A DNA stretch of 64,000 nt from Eledone cirrhosa (GCA_964016885.1 OZ024741.1:43896001-43960000); one strand, 5' to 3'. Positions 47,333 to 61,519 are shown, counted from the stretch's first letter. Notes: a model not told the origin generated them from the letters alone. Made by a program: numbers and translations.

Positions 47333-50300
47333 CCGGTGACATTGGCAGCATATGCTGACACGGATCTTCCGCATCCTAGTTCGCGCGGGACCCCCCTCAA
47401 CGTCTCCAGTTTGTGCAGTAATGGGTCGAGAGTCAATACGTACAAGAGGGACGAGAGGGGACATTCTTGGCGGACAGAGCGCATGATGTTGAACGGTTCC
47501 GAAAGGTGACCGTTCACTCTCTCCACAGAGCAGATGTCGCTGTGCATGTCAGCGATCTAGCCTCTGAAGACGGGCCCAAAGCCAGCCGCCCCAGGACTGC
47601 CGCCAGATAACGATGGTCGACTCTATCGAAAGCTTTCGACTGATCTAAATTGATCAAGGACCCACCTGTGCCAGGTTCCCTAACTACCCTCTCCACGATG
47701 TATCGCATGAGGTGGAGGTTGTCACGGATAGATCTGTCTGGATGGCGCATCTCTGCACCTCTCCCACTAGACCAACAACGACAAGCGCCAATCTCTTTGC
47801 TAGCACATTGGCCTAAATCTTGATTTCTGTGTTTAGCAGATATATGGGCCTAAAATTATCTATGTTATCCCCCTTGTTCGGATCCTTTCTCAGCAGCACC
47901 ACAGCTCCTCGGCTCACATAGCTGGGAATTCTCCCGTTCTGTTGCCTGTTGCAGTAGACGTCCGCAAGAGGCCTCCGAACAAGCCTGGCATTTGTACTTA
48001 AAGTGCATAGGGTCCACCAAAGACCGGATCGTGAATTTGCTGTCACGACGCCCTCCGTCACTCGGATACATTGAACGGCTTTCGTCCCCTCGTGTCTGAG
48101 AGCACACATCCTAGCTCTGACAACGCAGCCTTCGTGCTTTGCATTGAAGAATTGGTCAAGGGTCAATTTCGCCTCAAGTACGTCGGTCGCGATGCTTTTA
48201 CTAAGCACCTCGTCTAATTTTCTAACTAGTTCTCTCTTTGCTCTATTTTTCTCTATTGCTAAAGCCTTACTAAACCTAATGGACTGTATTCTAATCGTTC
48301 TTTTCAGAGCAAACTACCATTTGTTGTTGACGATGGCCCCCGTCAACGCCCGCTTAACTACATCGCGCATCCGGTATCAGTAGGTTTTTTGCGATGTTAA
48401 TGACCTGTTTAGCTTCCAGTAGCCGGGTCCTTGTCTATGAAGCCTATCTAAGTCTCCCTCACAGATCACGAATTAGTGATCCGTGTAGTTGACTATTGAA
48501 ATGTGGACATCCTATGCCAGACCTAGCTATTTCCCTACAAAAGACTCTATCTGGATATGATCTGGATGACCCGATTCGGTTTGTACATATCCATATTGAC
48601 ACATTCAGGAAATCCAGACGGTACCTGTCAGACAGTGGAAACCGTCTGAGCAGGTTTGCGAGGCTTTTATACCCTCCTCCCTTATCCGCTAATCCCACAC
48701 AGTCCCAGCGTGCATCTAAGATCCCGTTCCAGTCACCCACTAACACCTAAAGAGCGGGACGTTCCAAGAAAGGTCTCCAGACGCCGGAAGAAATCAGGCC
48801 GCCCTGCTCCTGTTGAGGCATAGACGGCCACTAGCCTGAAAGCATGCCCGTCTCCGCTGGTCACGCCCAGCACCACCAACTTACTTTTTGGGTCCTGGAA
48901 GATGGCCCGTATAGCGAGATCCAAGGCTCTCCGAAAAAGTACAGCAACTCCTCCCACGATCCTGGACGGCTGGGAGCTGCTTATACATTGTAGCCGCCGA
49001 AAATCGGTGCGAAAGCTCGTGCTTCGGGGATTCTGGTCTCAGATGGCCACCACATCTATGTTTAGTGACCTGAGGTCGTTGACCAGGTGGCCCTGCTTCC
49101 ATGACGACCCCAGTCTACGCATGTGTATGCTGCCTATTATGAGTAAGGTCATGTTGAAAAGGAGTGGAAAGAGATGGGAAAGACCACTTACCTCACTTCT
49201 TGTGGGGAAAGGATGGTTTTTCCGTCCTTCTCACTGGTTTTGGGGCCCTCCGGATGGATGTCTTTATAAATCCTCCTGGAGCGTGTTTGTCGGAAGTCTC
49301 TGATGTCTTTGGGGAATTTTTAATTTAGTATCGTTTCCGTTTTCTGTGTATGCGAGTGATTTGTGTGGGGGTGGCGTGAATTTTTAGGGTGACGTATAGT
49401 CTTTTTCTGTGATGCTGGTGTTGTGTTGGATGTAGTGTAATAATTGGTTGTTGTTTCAAATTTAATGCTGTCTAGTGTGTGTCGTTTTGGTTGCTTTGTT
49501 TTTATTGCGTTTTTGTGGGTTTATTTCTATTTCGCTTTGTGGTGATGGGGCAGGTGATGCTTGTGTGGGTGGTGTCAACAGGTGTCTTAACTGTTTTGTT
49601 TGTTTGTTTCGTCCTGCAATTGGTTTTTGGAGGGCGAAGGAAGAGTAATTTGTTTCTTTTTTGGTTTCTTTTTGTTTTCTTTTATCCACATACAGTTTCC
49701 CACTCCTCCTCGTCATCACAATCTGTCTCCTGTTGCGAGAGGTCGGGGAGTGGAAACTCCTCCACAGGCGTCGGTTTTGGTTGCGGCGTGGTGGATGGTG
49801 GAAGCGCTAGTGCTAATTCAGGCGCGGTGGGTGGTGGTGGTGTTGGTTTTGCTACTGTTGCTGGGGTTGTTGTTGTTACAGTTGCTTCTGTTGTTGCTGC
49901 TACAGTTGCTTCTGTTGTTACTGCTACAGTTGGTGCTGCCATTTCTGCTGCTGGTTTTAATGGTTGAGTCACTGGGGTGGGTAGGACAGGTGGACTCAAC
50001 TTTTTTAGCCTGAGAGCAGAAAGCCTTTAGGTGGGTTCCTTCGCCACAAATGAGACACCTAGGCCTTCTTCCCTCAACGATTACGGTGAAATGACTGCTG
50101 TCATTGAGGTCGATCCCCTCTGGAATTTCCTGTATGTTTTTCAGGTCCGCTTGGATCAGGAGTTCCATCCCAGATCCGGACCAGTTATCTTGCTTTACTT
50201 TTATCAACTCAATTACTTTAGTGTCGGCCTCGATGTCGGCGAGGACGCAGCCATTAGCCAGGGAATTTGAATGGCTGGCGGAACCTGGGTCTCGCTGATA

Positions 50301-50985
50301 CTTACCAGCCTCTGACCACAATAGCTTGGGACGAGTGTGAACTCGTCACTTTTAATGGAGCCATGGAGTCTTCTCTGGCTTCTTGTGGGTTCCAAATAAC
50401 ATGTCCACGGTTCCATATATTTTCCCACGTCTTGTATGGGTTTTTTGAGCCCACACATGTCCCAAAGCTTTTTGTATCTGGGACTCGAATGCCCGTTTCA
50501 CTGGGCACGTTTTAATATTTATATTCCGATATGACACGGTTCATAGGCACTGATGCTCCATGGTATTAGATGGCGGGTGAGGCTGACTCAGTAACTATAT
50601 TTTTTTACCATTCGCTTGACTTCATTCAATTCTTCCTGGCTTACATCAACCGTTTCATTTTTGTTTGCCGCTTTAGCAAATGACACATTTGGTTTTTCTC
50701 TGGTGTTGATGTTGTTGTTGTTCTTATTGTTGCTCTTGTTATTTTTTTGTTGTTATTATTATTTTTAGTTTCAGTTGTGGTGGTGGTGGTGGTGGTGGTG
50801 GTGTGAGTGGCGTTTGGCGTGGAAGAGTCGATTTTGGGGGAATCCATTTCGATATCATGAGATAATATTTTTTGTTTGTTTCAGTTGTTGCTGTGGTGGT
50901 GGTGGTGGTAGCAGTGGTGCTGGTAGTTTCAGTGGTGTTGGTTGCTCCTTTTGACTTGTGGTGGCGTGGATGGCGGCTTTAACAT
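47333..50985 (-). mobile_element. Decayed Tx1-like element, copy D (C-type ORF1), truncated at the YADD region
   Basis: ORF fragments homologous to copy C (VEGRRPRCLICGEGTHLKAFC, GDWNGILD, DQSKAFDRVDH). Many frameshifts and an internal deletion near 48010. Confidence 0.88.
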
Positions 50986-51179
50986 TTGTAGACATTGTAC
51001 ACGATACGTGGTATAGTCGACATGTCGATTTAAAACTGCACTATTCACAAGTGTTTTTTAACCTTCATATCATGTCTTCCTATTTTATCTGATGAAAACG
51101 CAAATGTTATTGCATGATGATATTTGTTTTTGAAATGCGCATAATAAAATACATGGAACTCTTTTAACCATCTTTTGAT

Positions 51180-51236
<57 letters not shown>

Positions 51237-52131
51237 CTCTGGGAATGTATCTTGCATTGCCTACAGAGTTCGCATAGATACAACCGGTCCTGGCATTGAT
51301 AAATATGGTAGGTCCGTCAACTCCTTGTTATTATAATCTCCCCACTAGCGGACTAATGAGAGTAACTTAAACTATTTTTCCATTTTTTTTATTGTTTAGT
51401 TTTGATATCCGCTCTAATTCCTGCTATTCATTTTATCTCTCACTCTTTTAAGTTGTGAAATAGACTGGTTTACGCCCGCGGCTGCCGCAAATCAGCCCGC
51501 TACTGTATATCACTCTATAATAGATACTGGCATTTAATGTCCGTTAAAGGTTCTTGTCACTACCATTGTTACTATCGCTTTCCTCTAGCCATGGGACTTG
51601 GAGACATGAGCCGAATGCTACCAATCTATTATACATCGATATGGGACTGCTATTTCTAATAACCATCTTTTCATTTCTTATTAATTTGTGCGTGAGACAC
51701 GTTAGCTGGGAGCGTCTGACGGGAACGAAACTATTTGCTTTCTATTCTCCCGCCACCACGTAAAGTTTGTAAATCGGTGGCTGGTCGAGGGACAGAATTG
51801 TATCGGATTCCAGTTGCAAATCACTTTACTGATACGGCCGTCACAAACAGTCATAGCCGGCATGGACCGGGGTTTGGATGCTGTCGATTGATTGGTTATT
51901 CTTTAGGCGATACCCGCTGATGAATCCACATACGCCGAATATGCATTGTTGCATAATATATGCAGACAGAGGATACAGTGCACCCTACTGCTGCATTAAG
52001 TTTTACGTGTGTTGTATTGATGTGAATAATTATGTGTATACCTCTGGGAATGTATCGTATATTGCCTATTGAGTACGCTGAGATACACACGGTCCTGGCA
52101 TTGATAAATATGCTGTATCCGTCAACTCCTT

Positions 52132-52132
<1 letters not shown>
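51237..52132 (+). mobile_element. Non-coding element bounded by ~90-bp direct repeats within (TA)n (partial tandem pLTR-like)
   Basis: CTCTGGGAATGTATC..GGTCCTGGCATTGATAAATATG..CCGTCAACTCCTT at ~51238 and ~52042. Decayed CTGATGA..GAAT motif at ~51917. Confidence 0.5.
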
Positions 52133-52219
<87 letters not shown>

Positions 52220-53315
52220 CGGTTTACCTTTATATGGTCGGATATGTAGCTGTCTATGCATCATTCTAAATTTACGTGTGTGTCTGTATGTGCATAAATA
52301 TTTCGATATATTCACAATGATTTATTTTTTAACAATATTTAAATGGCTAACGGCATGTCACATGATCTAAACACATCCACACGTATAATTACTGCTGCCG
52401 TTATTAAAGTGAATGGAGAAAAGATTAAGCTCATATAATGAGTATTTGAAATGTTTTGCAATACTACAGTGTCATTACGTGCATTATTGAAGTATAGTAG
52501 CTCCACATCCAATTGCTTCCGCGTTACATTTTGTAAAATTGCATGTATTTATATTTTACAAACGTGTGTAACATAAATATGATGATGAAAAGTTTTCAGA
52601 TATTGCCATTTTCACCCACAAATATTACAGAAAGTATACTTATGTAACACTCCAGATATTTTGGGACTTTACTATGTAGATGTTGAAAGCCGGCATATTT
52701 TTTACCTTGAATATAATCCGGGCATCATGTTAACATCGATATTTTTATCACATATTTCTCCATTAACAAACATGTATAAGCGTCAACAGGGCGACATGAT
52801 CAATGCTTGACAACGAATCATGGAAGCTCGGCAATTAATACAAACACAACCAATGCAGTCAAATATTCTGATTGTAGCAACCAACCCAACCTCACTTGAC
52901 TATTTGTTGACAAAGGTAGCTGTCATCACGAGTTCGTTTGTGACAAACGCTTATGTTTATTAAAATATAGAAAACATTGAAGAAACATATCTCCTATTGG
53001 CTGTATGTTTGTGTAGAATATTATTACAGGAGAAATGTAATGGATTTCCTACGGTATAATCTCTGTTAATTCATAGAAATTATACGGAGATGACATTTAA
53101 AGTGACATAAGATTTATAAGATATTCAGAAAGACATATAGGTTTATAGGTCTAAGGACATGTATGTAAGGATTATGAAAGCATGGTGATATCTTCATTTG
53201 GATACATTTGTTAAGACACAAAGAAGGCGTCTCATATTTGCACACATTCAAAGGACCATTCCTATGTATCTATGCATATTACGCGCATATATACACACAC
53301 ACACACACACACATA

Positions 53316-53353
<38 letters not shown>

Positions 53354-53439
53354 CTATATATATATATGTGTGTGTGTGTGTATGAATGTTTATATATATA
53401 TATATATATAGATATAGATAGGTAAATATACACGGGTGT

Positions 53440-56212
53440 GTATGATTGTGTATAGAAGATTATATTAATAAGAGGAATTCCAACTGTGTCTGATTTACTC
53501 GTTTTATTTACAATCCTTTAAAATATATAATGGTATTATAATGAAATAGTATGATAGAATATTAAATTCTAAGTGTTAATTGAACAAGTACTTTCATGCT
53601 TTCGCAATCTTCAGGTTCATAATATGTGGTGACAGTCGAGTTTGCAATTTTTAACTGTAATGAGATGGGTAAATTTCCTGTAAACTGTATTTCGACCAAT
53701 CAGTGTGTAGTTTCACTGAATTACTAAAGCTGATTGGTTTAAGCGTCACGGCTGGTTGAGCATGCTAACGACCAATGATCATATCCAAAGCATCAATTGT
53801 TTTGCTATTTTTAGAAATGATGAAAAAACCATTTTCTATTAATCATCACCATCAACATCACTTTTATTATTATTATTATTGTTGTTGTTGTTGTTGTTGT
53901 TAGTGGTCGTGGTCATAGTGGTAGTAGAAGTAATGCCCCTAAGCGTTATTATTGTTCGTTTAGCTTGGGTTTGAATTTATCAATAAAATTATTTTCGTTG
54001 ATTTTTCTCACTTGGCTGTGTAATTTGTAGAATGGGAATATTATAAATATTCCCTGACCACATGTTGCCAGGTGGCCGCTTAGGGGTATCTGACGGACAT
54101 TTGGGTCTCTGATTTGTTGACGGTGTACCCGTGCACGTTCCGATAGTGCATTTCCAGTTTGACTAAGAGTCAAAGATCGATCTGTGATTAAGCCTTTTAA
54201 TTCATTACTTTGAGCAATGATCGGTAGATTTGCTTTGGCAGTGTTGAAGATATTCTGGTGACATGGGTTGTGTGTCATTATAAATGGTATGACCAGTTCT
54301 TGGTTTCTTCTTCCTTGGGTTGTTCTAAGTTGTTGTATAGGTATTTTTATAGCCCGCTGTATGCCATTTTCTATAAGTAGAGATGGGTATTTTTGTTTGA
54401 GCAAAAATTCTCTTAGTTCTGTTAGGCGTTTGTACCTGGTATTCGTATCTTCTACAATGGTACAAATTCTTCTGGCTAGGCAGTATGGGATGTTGCGTTT
54501 TGTATGAGGTGGATGGCACGACTTAAAATTCAGATATTGATGGGTGTCTCTGTGTTTATAATATATATCCGTGGTAATGGTGGTGTCGTTTTTGATTATC
54601 ATTATATCTAGGAATGGTAATTTGGTCCTACTCATCTCTTTTGTGAATTGGAGAGATGGGTGGAGGTTATTCAGGAGGATATTGAACTCATCCAGAGTAT
54701 CTAGAGATTCTGTCCAGATGATGAAACAGTCGTCAAGGTATCTCTTCCAAGATTTTTCAATGTACTTTCTAAAGTCAGTACTATATTTTTCCTCTATTTC
54801 TTGGTAGAGTTGTTGTTCTAAGTATCCCATTACAGAGTTCGCGTAAACGGGAGCAAACTTCGTTCGCATCGCTGTGCCTCTAATTTGGATGTAATTCTTT
54901 CCATTGAAGAAGAAAGTGTTGTTTTCCAGAATAAGTTTAACTGCGTCTAGTAATTCATCACTCTCATTATTTTTATGAGCGAAGAATTCTACAAGACGTA
55001 ATTTTCGACATAATTCTTGGGTATCCTCCTTCAGTTCTTGGTGGTTGACTGTTGGAGTCGGTGTGAATTTCAGTCCTTTTGACAGAATTTGCATTTCATC
55101 ATTGTCAAGATCTCTTTTAGATAAATTAATTATTTTAGGATCTATGTGTACAGCTGTTTTGGGTATGTTTCCTCCTGGAGTTTTTCTTTTTCCGGTTTTT
55201 GTTGTCCTGACGTTAAAAAATGGATTTTTTTCTGTTCTGGATTTATATTCCTGTTGGTGTTCGCTTGATGAACTTTTGGTCGTGATATTATATTTGGTTT
55301 CGTTATGTATTTTGTCCTATTTTTGGTATTCTGTATATTATTTTTCTTCCTGTTAGCATTATTTTTAACAATCTGGGAAAATGACCTAGGTTTGCTTTCA
55401 GGTTTAGATTGTTTTTTCGTCCAGTTTCTTGTGAGCAATCTCTGTTGAGATCTTGAGAGTTATCTGGTTATTCTACGTTTTGTTTCCACATTCCTTGTTG
55501 GTAGTCTCTGTTGAGATCTTGAGAATGATCTCCTGGTTTTACTACTTCTCGTGGTCTGGTCAAAGGAATATCTATCGTGTTTGTGCTTTTTATTCATGTT
55601 GTGTGCGATAGGGTGTTTTTGTAGAAAAAGCGAAGAGTTATTACCGTAGTTCTTCTTTGATTCAAGGTAAGGTGAGTGTTTGTGGTGGCACATGTTCTGG
55701 CGTATGTTGTGTTGATGAGATTGTCCACTTTTAATGCTTTTTCTCAGGGTTCCAGAGTCTTTACCGTAATTTGCAGCATATTCATCGAGAAATAATTGTT
55801 TCTGCTGCCATACTTTTCTCTATTTGTTTTCTTCTTTTGAGATATCTCCGATCCATAGTTCTCGTAGTTTTTCAGCTATAATACCAGTCGTTAGCTTTGA
55901 AATTTCAACTTCAATTTGGTCATCAATAGCTTCATATTTGGCTTTGTAGCGGGATTGTTTACATTCAGAAATGGAGATGTCGGTCCTGAATTTTGTCAAT
56001 GTAAGTTCCCATCGGAGTTTTGTTTCTTCTTCTGGTTCTCCTGCAATTTCTGTAATTAGGTATTTACGAGGGAGTATGGGTGCCGTTAGAGAGAGCCATT
56101 TCGAATGTGTTTCGACATATTTTTCGCATCTGTATGCTTTCCAGAAATTTTGTTTTCTTATGTTAAGGAATTTTTTCCATGTCTTCCACATTTCTTTTCT
56201 TATTCGATGTGT
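53440..56212 (-). mobile_element. Penelope-like element with internal deletions
   Basis: ORF 53949-55094: LSKGLKFTPTP, QIRGTAM.TKFAPVYAN, RYLDDCF, LPFLDI, SCHPPH, QTGNALSERARVHRQQI. N-terminal piece 55820-56212. HHR in the 3' pLTR. Confidence 0.88.
53581..53619 (-). ncRNA. Minimal type-I hammerhead in PLE 3' pLTR (family 6)
   Basis: TGAAC-CTGAAGA-T-TGC-GAAA-GCA-T-GAAA-GTAC-TT-GTTCA; palindromic AGTACT. Confidence 0.75.
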
Positions 56213-56677
56213 TTTGTATATATATATATGTGTGTGTAGGGTTATATGCAAGAATGAATGTATGTATGTACGATATAAACACACACATATATATATACAT
56301 ATATATATATATACATTTATATATATAAATATATATGTATATATATATTTGTGTGTGTATATCGTACATACATACATCCATTCATGCTTGCATATAATCA
56401 TACATAGATATCTATTTAGAAAACATGTAAGATATGTAAACATATGAGTTCACTAATAACCAAAATGACATATTTACAATTATCTGAAATGATATTTTCA
56501 ATATATATCTTGAATGCTTGATAGATGATATAGTAGTTACAGTCGAATATTCACCAGATTTACTAATGCAATGTCTTCATAAATAAACAAAGTGGCAATA
56601 TATGCTAAAATGTGAGATTAATTCATAAAAATGTGTATGTACTTGCGCACAAACACCAACGCCCACACATATACACT

Positions 56678-56815
<138 letters not shown>

Positions 56816-57078
56816 CGTGTGTGTATATATGTAATTACACAGTTGCATACATGCATAAATAAATACTTAAATAAATATATAGAATTAGCCGTCGAAACGG
56901 CTTGAGCTCAGCCGTCGGGGTCTTATTTGTTCCTATATATATATATATAGAGAGAGAGAGAGTAGAATGAAACGAAATTTCATTTCTCACTCTTAGTACG
57001 GCACTTACCTAAATGCAGTTAATATGCATAAGGAAAGTATATACTTTCAGACGTTCAACCATCTGGCAAGAAGGTATA

Positions 57079-57119
57079 CGATGCTGACGATAGCTAATAA
57101 GCTTGAAACTAGTACATCG
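57079..57119 (+). ncRNA. Minimal type-I hammerhead (CTGACGA core)
   Basis: CGATG-CTGACGA-T-AGCT-AATA-AGCT-T-GAAA-CTAG-TA-CATCG. Confidence 0.85.
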
Positions 57120-57528
57120 CTCCTGTGAAAGTGTTGAACAAAAAGGTGACGTGGTTGCCTAAACACTGTACGGCGTAATTCGGGCTGTCTGTTTGTTTAC
57201 AAACAAACAAACCGAGCATTATAATAAATTTTCGGTAAACCGATACGTGCATATATATATGTGTGCATGTGTGTATATATATACATACTACTGTACGTCT
57301 GTATACATATATGTATGTACTTATACATACATACATACATACATGCATTTATGTAAGTGCCGTACTAAGAGTGAGAAATGAAATTTCGTTTCATTCTATT
57401 CCATTTATCTTTTTCGGTGTGCCCGGCCGACTGAACTCATTCGATATGCAAATTAGGCTGCTCAGCCGTTAATATGCTTAAGGACAGTATATACTTTCAG
57501 ACGTTCAACCATCTAGCAGGAAGGTATA

Positions 57529-57569
57529 TGATGCTGACGATAGCTAATAAGCTTGAAATTAGTACATGG
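57529..57569 (+). ncRNA. Hammerhead, partly decayed
   Basis: ATG-CTGACGA-TAGCTAATAAGCTT-GAAA-TTAG-TA-CAT. Confidence 0.65.
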
Positions 57570-57795
57570 TTCCTGTGACAGTGTTGAACAAAAAAGTGAC
57601 GGGGTTGCCTAAACACTGTACGGCGTAATTCGGGCTGTTTGTTTGTTTACAAACAAACAAACCGAGCATTATAATAAATGTTCGGTAAACCGATACGTGC
57701 ATATATATATATATATGTGCATGTGTGTATATATATATACATACTACTGTACGTCTGTATACATATATGTATGGACGTATACATACATACATACT

Positions 57796-57841
<46 letters not shown>

Positions 57842-58074
57842 ATTATGCGTACTATATTTGATAATATAGTGTATGTTTAGTTTTAATAACGTTTCGAAGA
57901 CCATTCGCTATGGATTTTAAAGTAGTGACTACGTCATGTACTTAGTCCCGGCAAAAGCAATGGTGTTCAAAATGTTTTTTTAAATAATATAGACAATATA
58001 TTATCAAATATAATATAGCTTCATTCATAAATACATCGCTATTTTAGAACACCACCAGAAATATATATATATAT

Positions 58075-59960
58075 AAGGAAGAAGTGTAAGTCAGCTTAAA
58101 ATTAACATCGTTTATTCATATTCGGTGCAATATATATTTCGGTGATAACCATTATTCAACAACAATGACCTCACCAGGCAACTGGCACTTAAACAGAAAA
58201 AAACATGAAAACATTATGGTGGAACAAAGTTTACCTCGTTAATTCGTTGATATGCCAAGATCCGATGTGTGGTGTTGTTGTCTCAAAGAACTAGTAGCAT
58301 ATGAATTAGAATTAATGAATTCAAGAATCCGAAGTATATACCTTCGTCTCGCTCTAGTTATAAGTCTATTGTAACACATCAGCCTGGTAGTTTTTTTTTT
58401 AACAACCAGCTATAATAACTGTACATAGGGGTGTTTGGTCTTGGTGATCTAATTGACCATACTGGCAGTAGTGAAAACAAGACGGGCACTACCACTGTTA
58501 TGGTAGTATTGTAGTTGCTAGTGAAGTATTCATGTATGTAGCCTGATATGGGTTCATCTGGGGGCGTGAATGCTTGTTCATATCAATAGTCCTGATAGTA
58601 AGAGATGTTAGAATTATAACTAGGTTTTAAACCTATAAGTGTTAAAATAGTTATGCCTTAAACATTATAAACCATATTGTAAACATTTAGTACACACACA
58701 TTTAGTATACACACGCAAACACACATTTACGTACCTTCACACGTACAAACAAATATATGCATACATGTACACACACATATATCTATACATGCACATACAT
58801 CCATACATAAACATATCTATGTTCACATATATACACATACACACACATACCTGTATACGCACACTCATACAGAAGCACATATGGTACCCTTGAGATGGGT
58901 GGAAAAAGGAATAACAGGTACATCTTATTTACTTATCACTGTTAGTACTGACAATTATGTGGGAACAGGATTAGGTGTGAGGTAGCTTGTCCTTCGGGAA
59001 ACAAGATCACAGACCAGGGGTGGATGGTGAAACCCGGTGATCGGAAATGTGGGGTGCATGGAGATACCCAGGGTAGGAATATGTCAAGGTATATTATCTC
59101 ACTGATTAGCAAGTGGTTGTTTACTTAGGCTAGAACTAAAGACGTGAGAAAGAAGGGTGAACCACTGCGAGGTAAGGCATGGACCTAACCGATACGTAAC
59201 TGCGGCTCTGTGGTGTTTTAAATGCTAGTCGAGAAAAGAAGAGAGGAGAGGTAAAAGGTAAGTACAGTGGGCGGGGTTGGTGTCTCTAGGACTCGGTGTG
59301 ATGGTGTTGCTATCCATATAGCTTGAGGAAAGTTTCGGCCCTTAAGTTTCTACATGTACCAAAGAAATCTGCCCTACGATTGATTAAATTTATTCCACAA
59401 CAAATTATCTCGAGTTTCCCACTTAGACAAAGGCTGTAAATTTCAGATTAGCTTCCGTCTAGAGGTATCTCCCTAACTTTGGACCAAACCAAATACTACG
59501 GGGTGTTGTCAAGCTCAGTTTGGAAAGGGCTCTACTCTTCCTTTTGACGATCCTATTAAAGGAATGACGGTGATTATACCATCTGTCGTTGAAGTTCATT
59601 TACGTGGCTCTAGTGTAAATATGCTCCGAGTTGGGTGCTGTAACCCTGCATCGGTAGACTAGATTCTTCACCAGGCATTCATTTCTAAGGGGCATATGAT
59701 GGGGTTTCTGCAGTTGATGAAGTGGTAACCCCCTGCATGCTTACTGTGGGGTGCCCATTGAGTAGTTTGGGGTGGTCGATCCCTGTGATCTGCACAGGGT
59801 CCATGGGTCGGTTGTTGTTACTCGAGTCTGTCCCAGGTCCACTATTTACCCTGTCATGCATCTGCTGGGTGACTATAGTATCAGCTGTTATCTGTCTAAA
59901 TGTCCAAAGTCTATATCCATTGATACTAGCTCTGTGCTGAACTACGCGCTGCGTGTAGTG
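58075..59960 (-). mobile_element. Decayed 5'-truncated PLE (GIY-YIG remnant, long 3' region, pLTR)
   Basis: Minus-strand translation near 59680-59330 gives ECLVKNLVYRCRV..IYTRAT..FNDRWYNHRHSF. HHR-like motif at 58126-58180; ends at (TA)n. Confidence 0.65.
58126..58180 (-). ncRNA. Hammerhead-like motif with A6G core change (family 7)
   Basis: TGC-CTGGTGA-GGT-(CATTGTT..AATAATG)-ACC-GAAA-TATATA-TT-GCA. Confidence 0.5.
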
Positions 59961-60169
59961 GAGTATCGTCATCATCATCCTTCGACTCCTCTGTCGGCAG
60001 TCAGAAGCTTCCTGACAATCCCTTTCCACACTGTGTGGTCCTGAATTGCTGTCTCCAGGTACCTTAAGTATAATCCTGAGTACCGAGCTATGGTGTCTGG
60101 GAAAGTCAGTTTTCGTGAATAGACACATCCAGAGGGATGCCACCGAAGGGAAGCTGAAATAATTTATTT

Positions 60170-60757
60170 CTTCGCCTGATTGCAGTGACCAGCAAATCTT
60201 GTCAAGCCTGTTGCACGCCTCCCATGCCAGAGCTTTGGAGTTGTTGAAATATTTTCGGGAGTCTATTACATGAGAGCCAAGGTATGTAAAGTTCTCGACT
60301 CTTTTGATGCAGGTATTATTGAGTGATTTCAAATCTTATGGTTCAGGGGAGGATGTGATATATTCTGTCTTACTCTCATTACAATAAAGACCGACCTCAT
60401 TCGCTGCTTCCTCAAGCGATTGCAGCAGGGATACTGCGTCCTTTATAGATTGATAAATCAGGACAAGGTCATCAGCGAAATCTATATCTGTCAGGTATTG
60501 TCCAGGGTTGCGGCTGCTCTGGCGACATTCCAGAAAGTGTCCCTTCTACTTCATGTAGTCTAGATAGATACACAAGACGTAGTCTAAAACAACTATGAAG
60601 AGAAATGGGGCCAGTGTGTCACCTTGTAGATCTCCTGATGTTACCTCAAAGGATTCAGTCTCGCCATCAGCCCATACAACGGGGGCAGTGGCACTTTTGT
60701 ACAGAGTTTCATTGCCTCAACAATTCCAGGCGGTATTCCGTAGAGTTTAAGTATTGT
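60170..60757 (-). pseudogene. RTE-like non-LTR reverse transcriptase fragment
   Basis: ILKLYGIP, GDLQGDTLAPFLFIVVLDYV, TDIDFADDLVL, GLYCNESKTEYI, VENFTYLGS. Confidence 0.8.
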
Positions 60758-61136
60758 TAAAGTATAATTCAAACCCCAATGTAATTTTATAGTCCTCAGC
60801 AAGATAGTTAAATTACATTTTAGATTTTAATCCAATCAGTTAATTTCCAATCACAGTAGATTCACAATATCGCAGAGCATATATAAAAGAATTAAATGAC
60901 CAGGATTAAATTGCATTAAATTATTTAATATATTTACGAACGTGCGAATCAGAGATATCCGACATCGAAAGTAAATATGTTATATTGTTTAATGGATTCT
61001 GAAGAAATATGTTCAGAGGAGAATGAGGAGACATCTAGCTGCATTGATAGAACTGTTCCTAAATCAATTAGATAATTGAATATAATTTGATCCTTGATGT
61101 TTTATCCTTATATTTATGCTTGTATCTCTCTCTCTC

Positions 61137-61400
<264 letters not shown>

Positions 61401-61519
61401 GCTGGGATTAGATAAAAAATAACAGGTCCTTTCATGTTGACATCTCTTGCAAAACTAATATAGTCACACTCGACTATACCACGTATCGTGTACAAATGTG
61501 ACGTACAAATGTACAAATA

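Larger units (their letters stand above)
56963..57800 (+). repeat. Diverged ~450-bp tandem copies of the hammerhead repeat, with an oppositely oriented 55-bp piece at 56963-57017
   Basis: Reverse-complement homology to the 468-bp unit. HHRs 450 bp apart. Confidence 0.9.

Noticed and set aside
59685-60332. 215-aa ORF as a real fusion protein
   Set aside because: Chance read-through joining an RTE-like fragment to unrelated repeat sequence.
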